Positions 33,750-46,686 of a stretch of 46,740 nt of DNA are shown piece by piece. The DNA comes from Octopus bimaculoides (taxonomy: Eukaryota), in NCBI RefSeq assembly GCF_001194135.2, contig NC_068981.1, forward strand, positions 199,135,409 through 199,182,148, in the 5' to 3' direction. The stretch's first letter is position 1. Every line of letters begins with the position of its first letter. The position numbers and the translations under genes are program-made. The notes under the pieces are model-generated. The model searched no databases, was not told the origin of the DNA, and saw only the letters and a program-made list of their open reading frames with translations.

Positions 33750-34480
33750 TCTCATTCTCTCATATGTGTGTGTGTGTGTGCCATTGATGTACCACCCTGT
33801 TTGTCACTATGTCCACCCCTATATATGCCTCTGATCTCTATTTCTGTTACTGTGCCTCTCCCACACACACTTCACCTCCCCATTTCTCATCACTCTACTG
33901 TTATGTGGTTTTCCATCCACCCTCTTCTCTCACCTCCTTCATGCCTCATTCCTACTTTCCTCCACCTTCTTCCCTTCACTGATGCTTTCATCCATCTTCA
34001 TTCACTACTTTCACTTCCATCCTTATCTCTACCTCCTCCTGTCGCTCTCACAATCTCATGAACCTGCCTACCCACCTCTCCCAGCCTTGGTTCTCTTCCC
34101 CAATTCTTCCCCCCCCCCACGTCTCTCTGCCTTAATGTACCTTGATGTTATACCCTGACACCTCATCTCTACCATCCTTTCTCCCTTTCCTGCTGGAGTA
34201 ACCCGTGTATCTCCTCTACACGAAGACACCTGTTTCTGCTCCCAACATAACCCTCTTGTCACCTGGCCCAAAGCCACTCCCCTCAACAGTACACTTCCAC
34301 CCAGATGAATGGTCTTGTCTTGCAAATTGTTTGAGGGCCTCACCAGTGCTGGTGCCACAAGGGGCATCCAGCTGCAAAGACCCATGTCCACCAAGGCATG
34401 ATCCTCTAGCTCAGCAAATTCTGTCAAGCCATCCAACTCGTAGCAGCACAGAAGACAAACAACGATGATGATGATGATGG
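33750..34480 (+). mobile_element. Pyrimidine-rich element with a diverged RTE-type tail
   Basis: C/T-rich body containing cacctcatctct...agacacctgt (shared with about 12590-12630), then ggggcatccagctg...aacgatgatgatgatgatg. Confidence 0.55.
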
Positions 34481-34686
34481 GAATTCAAAAATCGATTGCC
34501 TCAGCTAGCAACGAAAGCCTTTTCCCTCAAAGTGAAAGGTAGGTTGTGTGATGCTTGTGGAAGAAGTGTGATGCTGCATGGCAACAACAGTGACCCCTTG
34601 AATGCAGACGATTTGTGAAGACCAGAAAGAAATGCACCCTTTTATATATTTTGTGGTTGGGCTTCAAAGTAGTTGTTTGGTATTAT

Positions 34687-35036
34687 TTTACATGTTTCAG
34701 TCATTTGACTGTGGCCATGCTGGAGCACCACCTTTAATTGAAGAAATCGACCCTCGGACTTATTCTTTGTAAGCCTAGTACTTTTTATTTTGGCCTCTTT
34801 TTGCCAAACTGCTAAGTTACAGGGACATAAACACACCAGCATTGGTAGTCAAGCGATGGTAGGGGGACAAACACAGACACACAAACATATACATATATAC
34901 GACAGGCTTCTTTCGGTTTCCATCTACCAAATCCACTCACAAGGCTTTGGTTGGCCCGAGACTATAGCAGAAGACACTTGCCCAAGGTGTTACGCAGTGG
35001 AACTGAACATGGAACCATGTGGATGGTAAGCAAGTT
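34687..35036 (-). mobile_element. tRNA-headed SINE (family of 44658-45096), 5' end clipped
   Basis: Aligns along its length to 44658-45070 but with a shorter internal (TA)n. Confidence 0.85.
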
Positions 35037-35759
35037 GTGGTATAAAAGATATAACTCTATGAATAATTTAATTTGGAGTGCAGAAATAAGTTGTGGGGAG
35101 AAAGAATAAGGGTTGTGAGTAGGTGAAGTAATAAAGGAAGAAGGTAAGACTTCATAGGATGGCGGGGAAAGAAAGGAGAAGGTAAAGATCACATTGCTCT
35201 GTCTTGGTAGAGTGTATTCACTTGATTTAGGTAAAGTGATCTGCTAAAATGGAGTATATTTGAGGTAGGAAATCAAAGATTGGCTGTCTTCAACATCAGA
35301 TTGCTCTTAAACCCAGTTTTTTGTATCTTGACATGTTTGTACTTTGCCATGCACTGACATTTTGCATATTCAACAGAGTGTACTTGTCTCATTTGTTTCT
35401 AGTGCTCTAAATTCAAGGTCCATGTTTCACTACCATGTAGCATTGTTTGTACACAAAACATCATACACTTGGCCTTTCACTGAGAGAGAGAGAGACCTTT
35501 TGTTCTCAACAGAGGTAGGAGCTCTCTGAACTTTCTCTAGTATGTTCTTATTGTAACATTTATACACCCCCCCCCCCCCTTCCACTCCTATTTTGGTCAC
35601 ATAGATAACAGAAGCTATGTAGTACCTCTTGGGAACCTCCTGGCTGTGCACATTCACAAAATAAATGGAAGTGTACATACTCAAAATATAAGGCACTGTT
35701 AAATGTGAGTGAGTTTGCAAAAAAACAAATGACAGCATATAAACATAAAGTAAATGGTA

Positions 35760-35802
<43 letters not shown>

Positions 35803-35831
35803 GAGCTAAAATGGCATGGTGTATACAGAGT

Positions 35832-37705
35832 CATCATCATCATCATCGTTTGCCATCCATTTTCCATGCTGGCATGGGTTGGACGGTTTGACTGGGGACT
35901 GGCAAGCCAGGAGGCTGCACTAAGCTCCTATCTGATTTGGCAAGGTTTCTATAGCTGGATGCCTTTCTTATCACCAACCACTCTGAGAGTGTAGTAGGTG
36001 CTTTTTACATGCCACTGGCACAGGAGCCAGTCAGGTGGCACAGGCATCGACCACGATCAGATGGTGTTGTTTACATGCCACCTGCACGAGGGGTTAGGGT
36101 TAGGGGACTAGCATCGGCCACAACTACAATTTCCATTTTGATCTCTATTTTGATTCAATTCTTGACTCAACAGATCTTCTCAAGCACAGCATATCATCTG
36201 ACAGTTCAAGGGAACTTTTAAATGGGCTGCTTATGCGACACTAGTGTTGGCCACGACTGTGATCTCACTCTACTTGTCGGGTCTTCTCAATCACAGCATA
36301 TCTCCAAAGGTCTCGGTCTCTTGTCATTGCCTCTGTGAGGCCCAACGTTCAAAGGTTGTGCTTCACCACCTCATCCCATGTCTTCCCGGGTCTCCCTCCT
36401 CCATGGGTTCCTTCCACTGTTAAGGAGTGACACTTCCTCACACAGCTCTCCTCATCCATACGCAACACATGACCATACCAGTGCAGTTGTTTTTCTTGCT
36501 GATTCTTCTTGTCTCCAACTTTTCCCTCAAGATACTTACACTCTGTCATGTATGCACACTGACATTTCACATCCAGTGGAGCATACTAGCTTCATTTCTT
36601 TCAAGCCTATGCATGTCCTCAACACTCACGGCCCATGTTTCACTGCTATGAAGTATAGTAATTCGCATACATGCATCATACAGTCTACCTTTCACTCTGA
36701 GCGAGACGCCCTTTGTCACCAGCAGACGTAGGAGCTTTCTGAACTTTGCCCAGGCTATTCTTATTCTAGCAGCTGTGCTCTCTGAGCATTCACCCCCTGC
36801 TACTGACTTGGTCACCTAGGTAACGGAAGCTTTCAACTACTTCTAGTTTCTCCCCCTTAGCATGTGACGGAATCTGTTTTCTGCACATTTTCAGTGTTTA
36901 CTGCTCCTGAGCATTTGCCAGACACAAGCTATTTTCCCAGTTAACCTTCCTTTGATGTTGCTACACTTCTTATGTGTCCATAGCTTACACCAGGTACGTC
37001 TTATGGAGTTTCTGCATATGCTTTTTCTACAGATCAAGTAGGGTTATCTACCTGAAGGGATTTGTGATCTGTCCACCTTCCTACTTACTAGGAATTTGGT
37101 TTTTGTTAGATTAACTTTAAGGCCCTTTGATTTCAGAGCTTGCTTCCACACTTGAAACTTCATCTCTAGTCCTGGTAGTGATTCAGCTATTAGAGCAAAG
37201 TCATCAACTTGGAGGAGCTCCCAGGTGCAGCCTGTCTTGAATTCCTGTGTTATTGCCTGGAGGACTATGATGAATAGGAGGGGGCTGAGGACTGATCCTT
37301 GGTGGACCTCTACGTCTACCTGGAATGCTTCACTATACTCGTTGCCAACCCTCACCTTACTGAGCTCTTACCAACCACTCATCTATCCCTAGTTTCTGCA
37401 TTGCTTACCAGATAAGGAAATGGAGGACCCTGTCAAAGGCTTTCTCCATGTCAATGAAAGCCAGATACAGAGGTTTATCATTGGTTAGATATTTCTCCTG
37501 CAGTTGCCTTGCCAGAAATATAGCATCAGTGGTGCTTCTACATGGCACAAACCCAAACTGCATCTCATCTAAACTGACTCTCTCCCTAATTAGTTGGGCT
37601 ATGACCCTTTCCATGACCTTCATCACCTGATCCAGAAATTTGATACCCCTGTAGTTATTTCTATCTAAAACATCACCTTTGTAGCAGTTGATTATGGTGC
37701 TGCTA
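35832..37705 (-). mobile_element. 5'-truncated RTE LINE with a disrupted reverse transcriptase
   Basis: ORFs 37405-37725 (NYRGIKFLDQVMKV...QFGFVPCRSTTDAIF...LYLAFIDMEKAFDRV), 37044-37355 (HQGSVLSPLLFIIVL...LQVDD, a degenerate YADD), 36567-36815 and 36349-36570; (GAT)n tail at 35832. Confidence 0.95.
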
Positions 37706-37726
37706 CACCTGTCATTGGGTGTCATT

Positions 37727-39200
37727 TAATGTCCATTTTCCATACTGGCATGGATTAAATGGTTTGATGGGAACTGGTAAACCAGAGAGCTGTCCCATTC
37801 TTCAGTTTGGTTTCTATGGCTGGATGCCCTTCATAACTCTTTCGTTGCTCTGGCTCTGAGTACAAATGTCTTGTTTTCATAAGTTTTGAATTAAATCTTC
37901 CACAAAGCCTTAGTGTTAGGAACATAAATTGTTACTAACTGAATGATAACTAAGTTATTTTACTAAATTCTTTGTTATATTTAAAGTAATTGAAAGAAAC
38001 CTGACAGAGCATCTTAAAATAAATACAGCAACAAAAGGTTTAATACCAATCACTTCAAGAATGTAGTGGGTGCCTTTTACTGGAACAAGCCCCTTTTATG
38101 GATCAATGGCACTGGCCATGACTATGACTCCACTTGGCCTGATGTGTCTTCTCAAGCACAGCAAATCACCAATGGTCTCGATCACTTGTCTTCACCTCTG
38201 AAAGACTTGGCATCCGAAGATCATGCTTCACCACCTTGTCTCATGTCTTCCTGGCTCTACCATCACATTTAGAGATCATCATTTCTTTACACAGCTGTCC
38301 TCGTCCAAACACAATACATGACCATACCAGCACAGTCCTCGTCCAAACACCACATTTGATGCCTCTCATGCCCAATTTTTATCAAAAGACACTTACACTC
38401 AGTCATACATGCACACAGACATTGCACAGCCAGTGAAGCATACTAGCTTCATTTCTTTCATGCCTTCACATGTCCTCTACAGTCACAGCCTATGTTTCAC
38501 TGTCATGTGGCATGGCTGTTCACACACAGGCATTATACAATCTGTCTTTCACTCTGAGGGAGAGGCCCTTTGTTACCAACAAAGGTGAAAGCTCTCTGAA
38601 GTTTGCTTCAGCCCATTCTTATCCTAGCAGCTATGCTCTCAGAGCATCCACCTCCACTGCTGACTTGGTCACCCATAAGCTATCAACAACTTATAAGTAT
38701 ATCCCTGGCATTTGACAGAGTCCATTTTCTGTACATTTCTGGTGTTTATTGTACCTATACACTTGCCACACACAAACACTACTTTCTTTATACTCTGATA
38801 CTGCTGCACCTCCTATGTGTACATAGCTTGCATTGAATACACTTTATGGAGTTTCTACCTACACATTTTCTATGTATCGAGCAGGGTCATCTCCCTAAAG
38901 GGATTTGTGATTTGTCCATTTTCCTACTTACTAAGACTTTGGTCTTTGCTAAATTAACTCTAAGGTCCTTTCATCCCAGACCTTGCTTCTACACCTGAAA
39001 TATCTTCTCTAGTTCTGGTAGTGATTCAGCTAAAAGAACAAGGTCATTAGCATAGGGAAGCTTCCAGAAGCAGCCCATCTCAAATTCCTGCTATAGCCTG
39101 GAGGACTATGATAAACATGTATCCGAGAACCGACCCTTGGTGAATTCTTACTTGTACACTGAATTCTTTGCTGTGGAACTGATCCTTGGTGAACTCCAGC
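37727..39200 (-). mobile_element. Older, fragmented RTE LINE
   Basis: Tail remnant at 37727-37830. Segment 38075-39190 aligns to 36200-37330 with many stops and indels. Confidence 0.75.
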
Positions 39201-39699
39201 TTGTATACTGAATGAGAGTATTTAAAATCAAAATCCATTGAAGAATGGAGTTAGCAAATTTCTTTTACTATATTGTTTACAATTGTTTCATCAATTTCCA
39301 TTATGTAAAAAATAAGTACTAGGCCTTGATTCATTTGATTGAAACTCTTCAAGGCATGGCTGTAATGACTAATGACTGAAACAAATAAAAAATAACTAAT
39401 CTTGCATCATGTTCTTACCATGTCAGCATTTACTGACTTATTCCCATGCACTGTGCAAGCTCTCTTTCGCAGTGCATAGTGAAATCAACTCATCAGAATT
39501 CCACAAAAAGCAAAATGCTGATTGATTTTGCCATATCACTGATAACTATCCCCATATCACTCAAGTATGTGGTTACTAGTAATCATATTTGGCCAAGAAA
39601 AATAGAGGCAGAAAGGAGGTAGAATGGGAGGAGCAGAAGAGTTTGACAGGATAATTAACTTCCTTAGTTTCCCCCAAGCCAAGTGAAATTGTAGTCATG

Positions 39700-39910
39700 G
39701 AAGATACTGGTGTCCACACAACTGGCACCTATCCTGATGGTATGTAAAAACACCCATTACACTCGGAATGGTTGGCATTAGGAAGGGCATCAAGCTGTAG
39801 AAACAATGCCAAATCAGGCTGGAATCTAGTGCAGCCCCTCACCTTTCCAGCCCTGGTCAAACTGTCCAGCCTATGCCAGCATGGGCAATGAATGTAAAAT
39901 GATGATGATG

Positions 39911-39912
<2 letters not shown>
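39700..39912 (+). mobile_element. RTE LINE 3' end
   Basis: tggttggcattaggaagggcatcaagctgtagaaac...ccagcatgg...gatgatgatg. Confidence 0.75.
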
Positions 39913-39958
<46 letters not shown>

Positions 39959-40057
39959 TTAAATCCCAAAAAGAAGAACAAACACAAAAAGACACAACAA
40001 CATGAGGACATGGTACATGTAAAGTATTAGCAGGCACCCAGGGAAGGAAGAAAGATG

Positions 40058-40093
40058 GTTTAACATTTCAAGCAGATGCTCTTCTTCGGAAAC
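40058..40093 (-). ncRNA. Degenerate minimal hammerhead motif in a (TA)n-flanked remnant (about 39960-40150)
   Basis: Minus strand GTTT-CCGAAGA-A-GAGC atct GCTT-GAAA-TG-TT-AAAC: stem I GTTT/AAAC. Three transitions (U4C, C11.1T, C15.2T) from the canonical CTGAAGA..GCTCGAAACGTT. Confidence 0.6.
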
Positions 40094-40154
40094 AGAGGAA
40101 AGTCCAATAGAAGGGAAGACAGAGGAAGTAAATCACCAATGATTCACATGTGGT

Positions 40155-40203
<49 letters not shown>

Positions 40204-40708
40204 GAAAAGTACTGAGAAAAGGTTGAAAATGCATTAATTTTTTATACACACATGTTTTTTGTGTAATTAAAAGAAGTGCAACTTTTTAACATAAGAGGAA
40301 AATAGTTTTATTCTATGTATTTACATGTACAAAAATAAAAATACATTTACACAGAATGTTATAGTTTAACTGAAAATATATTGGTGTCTGTATTCATAAG
40401 TCTGACATATACAACACAAGTGAGACACAGTGAGAAGGTAAAAAGGATCACATGTTACTTCTCTTTTGTATAGAAAAGAGTTTTAGTGTTTATAAATTAT
40501 TGTGTTGTGATTAAAAGAGGTTTTGCAGTTGAGCAAAAATTTCTTATCTTGTGTGTGAATATATACTACAATTTGTTTTGGGTGTGTGTGTGTGAATATA
40601 TACTACAATTTGTTTTGGGTGTGTGTGTGTGTGTGCAGATACAAACAAAATAAACTGTAGTACATATACATAAATTTTAAAGGCAGTAGATAATACACAA
40701 ATAGCAGT

Positions 40709-41120
40709 CATCATCATCATCATCGTTTAACGTCCGCTTTCCATGCTAGCATGGGTTGGACGATTTGACTGAGGACTGGTGAAACCGGATGGCAACACCA
40801 GGCTCCAGTCTAATTTGGCAGAGTTTCTACAGCTGGATGCCCTTCCTAAAGCCAACCACTCAGAGAGTGTAGTGGGTGCTTTTACGTGTCACCCGCACGA
40901 AAACGGCCACGCTCGAAATGGTGTCTTTTATGTGCCACCCGCACAAGTCAGTCCAGGGGCACTAGCAACGATCTCGCTCGAAAATCCTACGGGAGCCAGT
41001 CAGGTGGTACTGGCAACGGCCACGCTCAAAATGGTGCATCTCATGTGCCACCCGCACAAGAACCAGTCCAGGGGCACTGGCAACGATCTTACTTGGCTTG
41101 CCGGGTCTTCTCACACACCA
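40709..41120 (-). mobile_element. Young RTE LINE 3' end
   Basis: (CAT)n cgtttaacgtccgctttccatgctagcatgggttggacgatttgactgaggactggtg...; near-identical to 6200-6444. Confidence 0.88.
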
Positions 41121-41548
41121 GCAATGGTGTATAAAGAGAAATTCTATGGAACTGTATATAGATCACCTACAATGGCTATGTTTATAACAAAATAAATGAC
41201 AGTGTATGTACATAAAGTTAATATCATTGTATATACTCAAATTAAATGGCAGAGTATATACTAAAACTTGACTGTAACTGCATATACACAAAATAATGGT
41301 AGTGTATATACACAAAGTAAATGGCAGTGTACGTGCACAGAAAAAGGGCAGTGAATATATGCATATTAAATAGCAATGTATATACACAAGTTGAATGACT
41401 GTATATACACAAAACAGGAATGTATATATGTACAAATAAATGGCAGTGCATATAATCAAATTTACTGCTAAAAGGACAGTATACCCAAAATAAATGTCAG
41501 AGTATATAAATGAATTTGGAACTGTATATGCACAAAAAATATATGGCA

Positions 41549-41588
<40 letters not shown>

Positions 41589-41994
41589 TGGTAGTCAATA
41601 CACACAAACCTAAATGACAGTGTATGTGCACAAAGCAAATATCAGGGTGTGTGTATATATACATACCTAGTAAATGCCAGTGTATAAAGCAAACTAAAAT
41701 GTCTGTGAATATACACAAATACATGGCAGTGTAAATATAAATACTGCATGTCGGTGTATATGGAGAAAGGAAATTTCAGTTTCATATAGACACAAACAAA
41801 ACTGTTGTTCTGTTCGTCTGTAATTTACTTTGTATTTCATCTTCCATTGTTTTGGCCAGTAATGCTTATATTCACAATGCTTACCTTACTCTCATCCTCA
41901 GTAGAGGCAACAGTTTTAACAGGTTTGAATGGTGATAAGTTAAAAACGAGAACAACTTATGACATGTCTGCTATCAAATGATCATGGAAACCTT

Positions 41995-42982
41995 CTTTTC
42001 AGGTGCTGAATACCATCTCTCCTTCCCATGTTCTCTCCCACATCCCTTTCCCAGTTTTCAGAGTTGGCACTGTAAATGTAGGTACATTGAAAGGTAGGTC
42101 TAATGAAACTGTAGAGATGCTTGAAAGGGGGCATGTTGATGTATGTTGCATCCAAGAGATAAGGTGGAGAGGAGCTTTGGCCAGGTTTCTCACAAGCAAG
42201 ACAAGTATAAAATCTTCTGGGAAGGTAACAGTGATGGAGCAGAAGGTGTGGGCATACTTCTTGCTGAGAAATGAGTGGATAAGATCATAGAGGTAGTCAT
42301 AGTGTGCGATAGATATTTAAGCTCAGGCTAGTCTTGCAGAATAGTATAGCCTCAATTATATCTGCTTATGTCACTCAAGTGGGCCTACCAAATGTACAGA
42401 AGGGCCACTTTTATGATATTCTTCTGCAGGGTCCCTCAAAGACGAATCACAATTATCTCATCTTTGTGGCTGGGGATTTCAATGGGCATGTTGGACAGCA
42501 GCCTACTATCTTCCATGGTGTTCATAGGGCCCATGGAACTGGCTCCTGAAATGAAGAGGGTACAAGGCTACTGGAGTTCTGTGATGCAAATAACCTTTTG
42601 ATCTGCAACACCAACTTCCAGGTATGGAAGCAAGGTCTAGAATCAAAAGCCAAATTCCTAGTAAGTAGGAAGGTAGACAAATCACAAATCCCTTCAGGTA
42701 GATGACCCTACTCAATCTGTAGAAAAGGCATAGGTAGAAACTCCACAAGATGCACCCGGTGTAAACTTTGGACATATAAAAGGTGCAGCAACATCAGAGG
42801 AAGGTTAACAGAGAAACTAACTTTTGTATGTGGAAGGTATACAGGTACAATAAACGCTGAAAATGTGCTGAAGATAGACTATATCAACTGCCAGGGGGTC
42901 AAGCTAGAGGTAGTAGGTAGCTTCTGTTTTCTAGATGACCAAGTTAGTAGTTGAGGTGGATGCTCTGAAAGTGTAGCTATGA
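41995..42982 (+). mobile_element. RTE LINE 5' fragment (APE endonuclease) fused by internal deletion to the post-RT region
   Basis: FRVGTVNVGTLKGRSNETVEMLERGHVDVCCIQEIRW...LIFVAGDFNGHVG...LEFCDANNLLICNTNF joined at about 42620 to QVWKQGLESK...CRKG...CTRCKLW. Confidence 0.88.
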
Positions 42983-43220
42983 GAAAAAGTAAATGACAGT
43001 GTATATAAACAAATGAAATGGCTGTGTATGCACTTATGCAAATGTAGTGGTATATATACATGATTTAATTACAGTGTATATACCCAAACAAAAATGGCAC
43101 TATATATATATATATATAAAATGTATATGCATAAACATGTAATGGTAATCTACATATACAAACAAAAATGATAGTTTATAGACACAATGTAAATTGGCAG
43201 TGAATATACACAACCTAAAT

Positions 43221-43650
43221 CATCATCATCATCATCATCATCGTTTAACGTCCGCTTCCCATGCTAGCATGGGTTGGACAATTTGACTGATGACTGGTGA
43301 ACCAGATGGCTACACCAAGCTCCAATCTGATTTGGCAGAGTTTCTACAGCTGGATGCCATTCCTAACGCCAATCACTCANNNNNNNNNNCCCATGCTAGC
43401 ATGGGTTGGACAATTTGACTGATGACTGGTGAACCAGATGGCTACACCAAGCTCCAATCTGATTTGGCAGAGTTTCTACAGCTGGATGCCCTTCCTAACG
43501 CCAATCACTCAGAGAGTGTAGTGGGTGCTTTTACATGCCACCGGCATGAAGGCCAGTCAGGAGGTACTGGCAATGACCACGCTCAAAATGGTGTATTTTA
43601 CGTACCACCTGCACAGGAGCCAGTCCAGCGGTACTGGCAACGATCTCGCT
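43221..43650 (-). mobile_element. Young RTE LINE 3' end (partly duplicated across a 10-N gap)
   Basis: Shared RTE tail; 43258-43379 is repeated at 43390-43511. Confidence 0.85.
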
Positions 43651-44657
43651 CGAATGTCTTTATAGCTGTGTATATATACAAATTAATCGATAGTGTGTGT
43701 ACCCAAACTAAAATGGCAGAGTATATAATAAAAAGCTAAATTCTAAGTGCATATATATCTAAACTATATGACAGTGTACATATATACAAACTGAAATAGC
43801 AGTGTATATACACAATGTGTATTGACAATGTATATATGCACAAAGTGAAATAGCTGTGTATATATATACAAACTGAAATAGCAGTGTATATACACAAACA
43901 GAAATAGCAGTGTATACTAAAATAGCAGTGTATACATAGACAAACGAAGTACATTTCTTCGTTTCAGTTTTACCTCTGAAATCTTTCAATGTTTCATACA
44001 TTGAAAATCAACCAGAAAATGTGTGTCAGAGCAAATGCAACCAAAACTGTGTTCATCAGTGCTGATTAGACATAATTAAAAAATAACTTAATTGATCTTT
44101 TGTTTTAAGTATAAAAAAATGGATGACAACATGAAAGCGGAAGCAAATATCTATAAATGAATATGAAAGAATGTTTTTTCTTTTTTTTTCTTTTTGGTGT
44201 TTGAATTTATGTTTGTGTAAGTCTCTTTTTTTCTTGTAAAATCCAGAAACTGAGAGAAAATGATTTGTTGCCCATAAAATCCTTTATTGGCTGAATCCCC
44301 CAGTCATAAATCATTGCAGTCAATCACCATCCAACCATAAATCTGCTCAACAAGATGGCACTTGCTTTAATTCTGTGATAAGCCTTGCATATATAGCATG
44401 GTGCCAAGTCTTTCCATCTGAACACTTTGGCTTGGTTAAGAAAAAAAAAATAAACCATTACCTGACTACAATACATTATTGAACTGTGAATGAATCCAAT
44501 GGCAGCCAGAATCAATACCATGAGTTAGCTGGAGTATATCTCAGAAAACATTATTCTTTGTGTTGGATGATCCCTAATCTCCTTCATCATTGTTACAGCA
44601 TCATCCAATGTTGCTACATCCGGTCATTTCTTAAATATATTCATAATTAAAAAATAT

Positions 44658-44841
44658 CTCTTTTACTTGTTTCAGTCATTTGATTGCGGCCGTGCTGGAG
44701 CACCGCCTTTAGTCAAGCAAATTGACCCCAGGACTTATTTTTTGTAAGCCTAGTACTTATTCTATTGCTAAGTTACGGGGACGTAAACACACCAACATCG
44801 GTTGTCAAGTGATGGTGGGGGGGACAAACACAGACACACAA

Positions 44842-44932
<91 letters not shown>

Positions 44933-45096
44933 CGACGGGCTTCTTCCAGTTTCCGTGTACCAAATCCACTCACAAGGCTTTGGTCGGCCTGAGGCTATAG
45001 TAGAAGACACCTGCCCAAGGTGCCACGCAGTGGGAATGAACCTGGAACCATGTGGTTGGTAAGCAAGCTACTTACCACACAGCCACTCCTGCGCCT
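44658..45096 (-). mobile_element. Full-length tRNA-headed SINE with an internal (TA)n microsatellite
   Basis: Minus-strand head aggcgcaggagTGGCTGTGTGGtaag (A box) ... aggttcattccc (B-box-like), a (TA)n of about 90 bp, and 3' end ...aaatgactgaaacaagtaaaaga. Confidence 0.88.
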
Positions 45097-46431
45097 AATA
45101 ATTTTCTTTTACTTTTATTTAATTGGTGATTTCAGTTAATTGTCATCGGATGTTATTTTCCATAAATTGAAAGATTGTTGATAAATTTGATGTTGTGGCT
45201 ATAAAATGCTGTTTTTCTTTTTGAGGTAGAAATTCATATAAATAAATGCTTATCTATCTTTGCTATCAAACATAATTTATCCCCCACAAAATTACATACA
45301 AAGCACTGGATGGATCAGTTTAAAATATTTCTCATTTTACTGGAAATTTCAAGATTCTGATTTCTAAGATACTGATTAAAATTTTGGAATTATTTATTTT
45401 TTATTAATTAAAAATCTCCAAAGTCCTGAATGCTTGATGTTCAAAGCTATTTTTAAAAAAATGCTTAATGAAAATGTAAGAAAATTTTTAAAATACCTTT
45501 CCTTAAACAATAGATATTTTGTTGACCTGCGACAAAACAATTGTGTGCCTCAATGCACAAACTCGATACCAACATTATCAAGTCATTATCAAAATAAATT
45601 GGTTTTTCTAGAAAAAAAATGATCGTAATTGAGATTTTCACAATGTTGACTTACAACAGATACATCTTAAAGTTTTTATGGCTAAAGTTAAAAGACTGAT
45701 TTTTCTCCTAAGACGAGTGAATCTTTTTAATGTATTTTATATAGCAATTATAATAAATCTGACTAAACTTTTTTTTTTCATATATTATCATAATATCAAA
45801 GAAAAGTTAATGCATTTTATACATGAGAGATTTTTTTTCCTGAGATTTTATCATCCATAATCAATGGTTCACATTCTGCACAAACAAGTTTGTTGTTCTG
45901 AATGTAAAAATAGAATGCAGTTGTTAAAAAGTTGAAATTATCGCTCAAGAAAAAGAAATTTCCTTTTTAAGTGGGACTAGGGTTTTATATTGACCAGATA
46001 AAATATAAATTCATAAAAAAGTAAGGCCAGGGGTTGCACCAGGTTCCATAGTCTGTTTAGGCTTGGAATACACCAAAAAGCCTCTTGGTGGTTGCTTGAT
46101 CTGGTGAAAGTAGCAGCTAAATCTCTCTCAAAGTGTATCCTACCAAAAGACACAGTCTAGTTTTAGAGATATGGTGTGTCTGTAGAAAAAAGTTAAGCTA
46201 GCCATAAGTACTCTTAATCTAAGCTGCCCTGAACTTAAACAGTAGCAGCAATTTGATTTACTTTTTTAAGGGCAGTAAAACTATTCAGTAGAAACCTTTA
46301 GAAACCTTTTCACAAGTAAAGGTCATCTTCCATGAATGGCAGGGAAATAGTTATTGTTGCAGTTTCTCTTGTGGAATATATTCTTATTTTGTTATTCTGA
46401 AACTGGAACCATCTTCAAACTGTTTCTTTTT

Positions 46432-46686
46432 TTTTTTATTTATTTACGGCCTCAAACATCTCAATACCTTGCGCTTTAGTTTTGCCCCCTATTATTTATC
46501 TTGTTTCTCTCCATGAAATTCAATTGAATTCAGTTGTTGTCTTAAATTCATGCTTATTCATTTTCTAAGCTTCCTAAATTCATGCTACGTTATATTCTAA
46601 TCACCCAGAATTCATTGCTCTTTTAAAAAATTACGATTTATGCATTGTTGTCTCTCAAATATTTAAAATCTACAATTAAGAGCCCT
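46432..46686 (-). repeat. Unclassified dispersed repeat, copy 2 (inverted relative to copy 1)
   Basis: Reverse complement aligns to 35-284 (agggctcttaattgtagattttaaatatttgagagac...gaggccgtaaataaataaaa). Confidence 0.85.

Larger units (their letters stand above)
5923..43389. other. Assembly gaps (N runs): 5923-6199, 9508-9721, 16787-17014, 20435-20444, 21254-21403, 26730-27004, 43380-43389
   Basis: Directly visible; most abut microsatellites or repeats. Confidence 1.
41125..43945. repeat. Diverged minisatellite (about 25-35-nt units, core aaatggcagtgtatatacacaa) in blocks 41125-41760, 42985-43220 and 43655-43945, interrupted by RTE insertions
   Basis: Repeated aaat(g/a)gcagtgtatatacac motifs; nearly exact copies at 43785-43930. 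Confidence 0.75.

Noticed and set aside
40766-40790. CTGAGGA-ctggt-GAAAC in young RTE tails as a hammerhead
   Set aside because: No stem II hairpin and no stem I/III pairing; coincidental.
43258-43511. Tandem duplication of an RTE tail
   Set aside because: Near-identical 122-bp copies on either side of a 10-N gap are the typical signature of unmerged overlapping contig ends.
35-46686. Giant DNA transposon (Polinton/Maverick-like) delimited by terminal inverted repeats
   Set aside because: There are no transposase, integrase, polymerase or capsid ORFs inside. The interior is a partial host gene plus ordinary retroelements, and the repeats have inward A-rich tails like retroposed copies.
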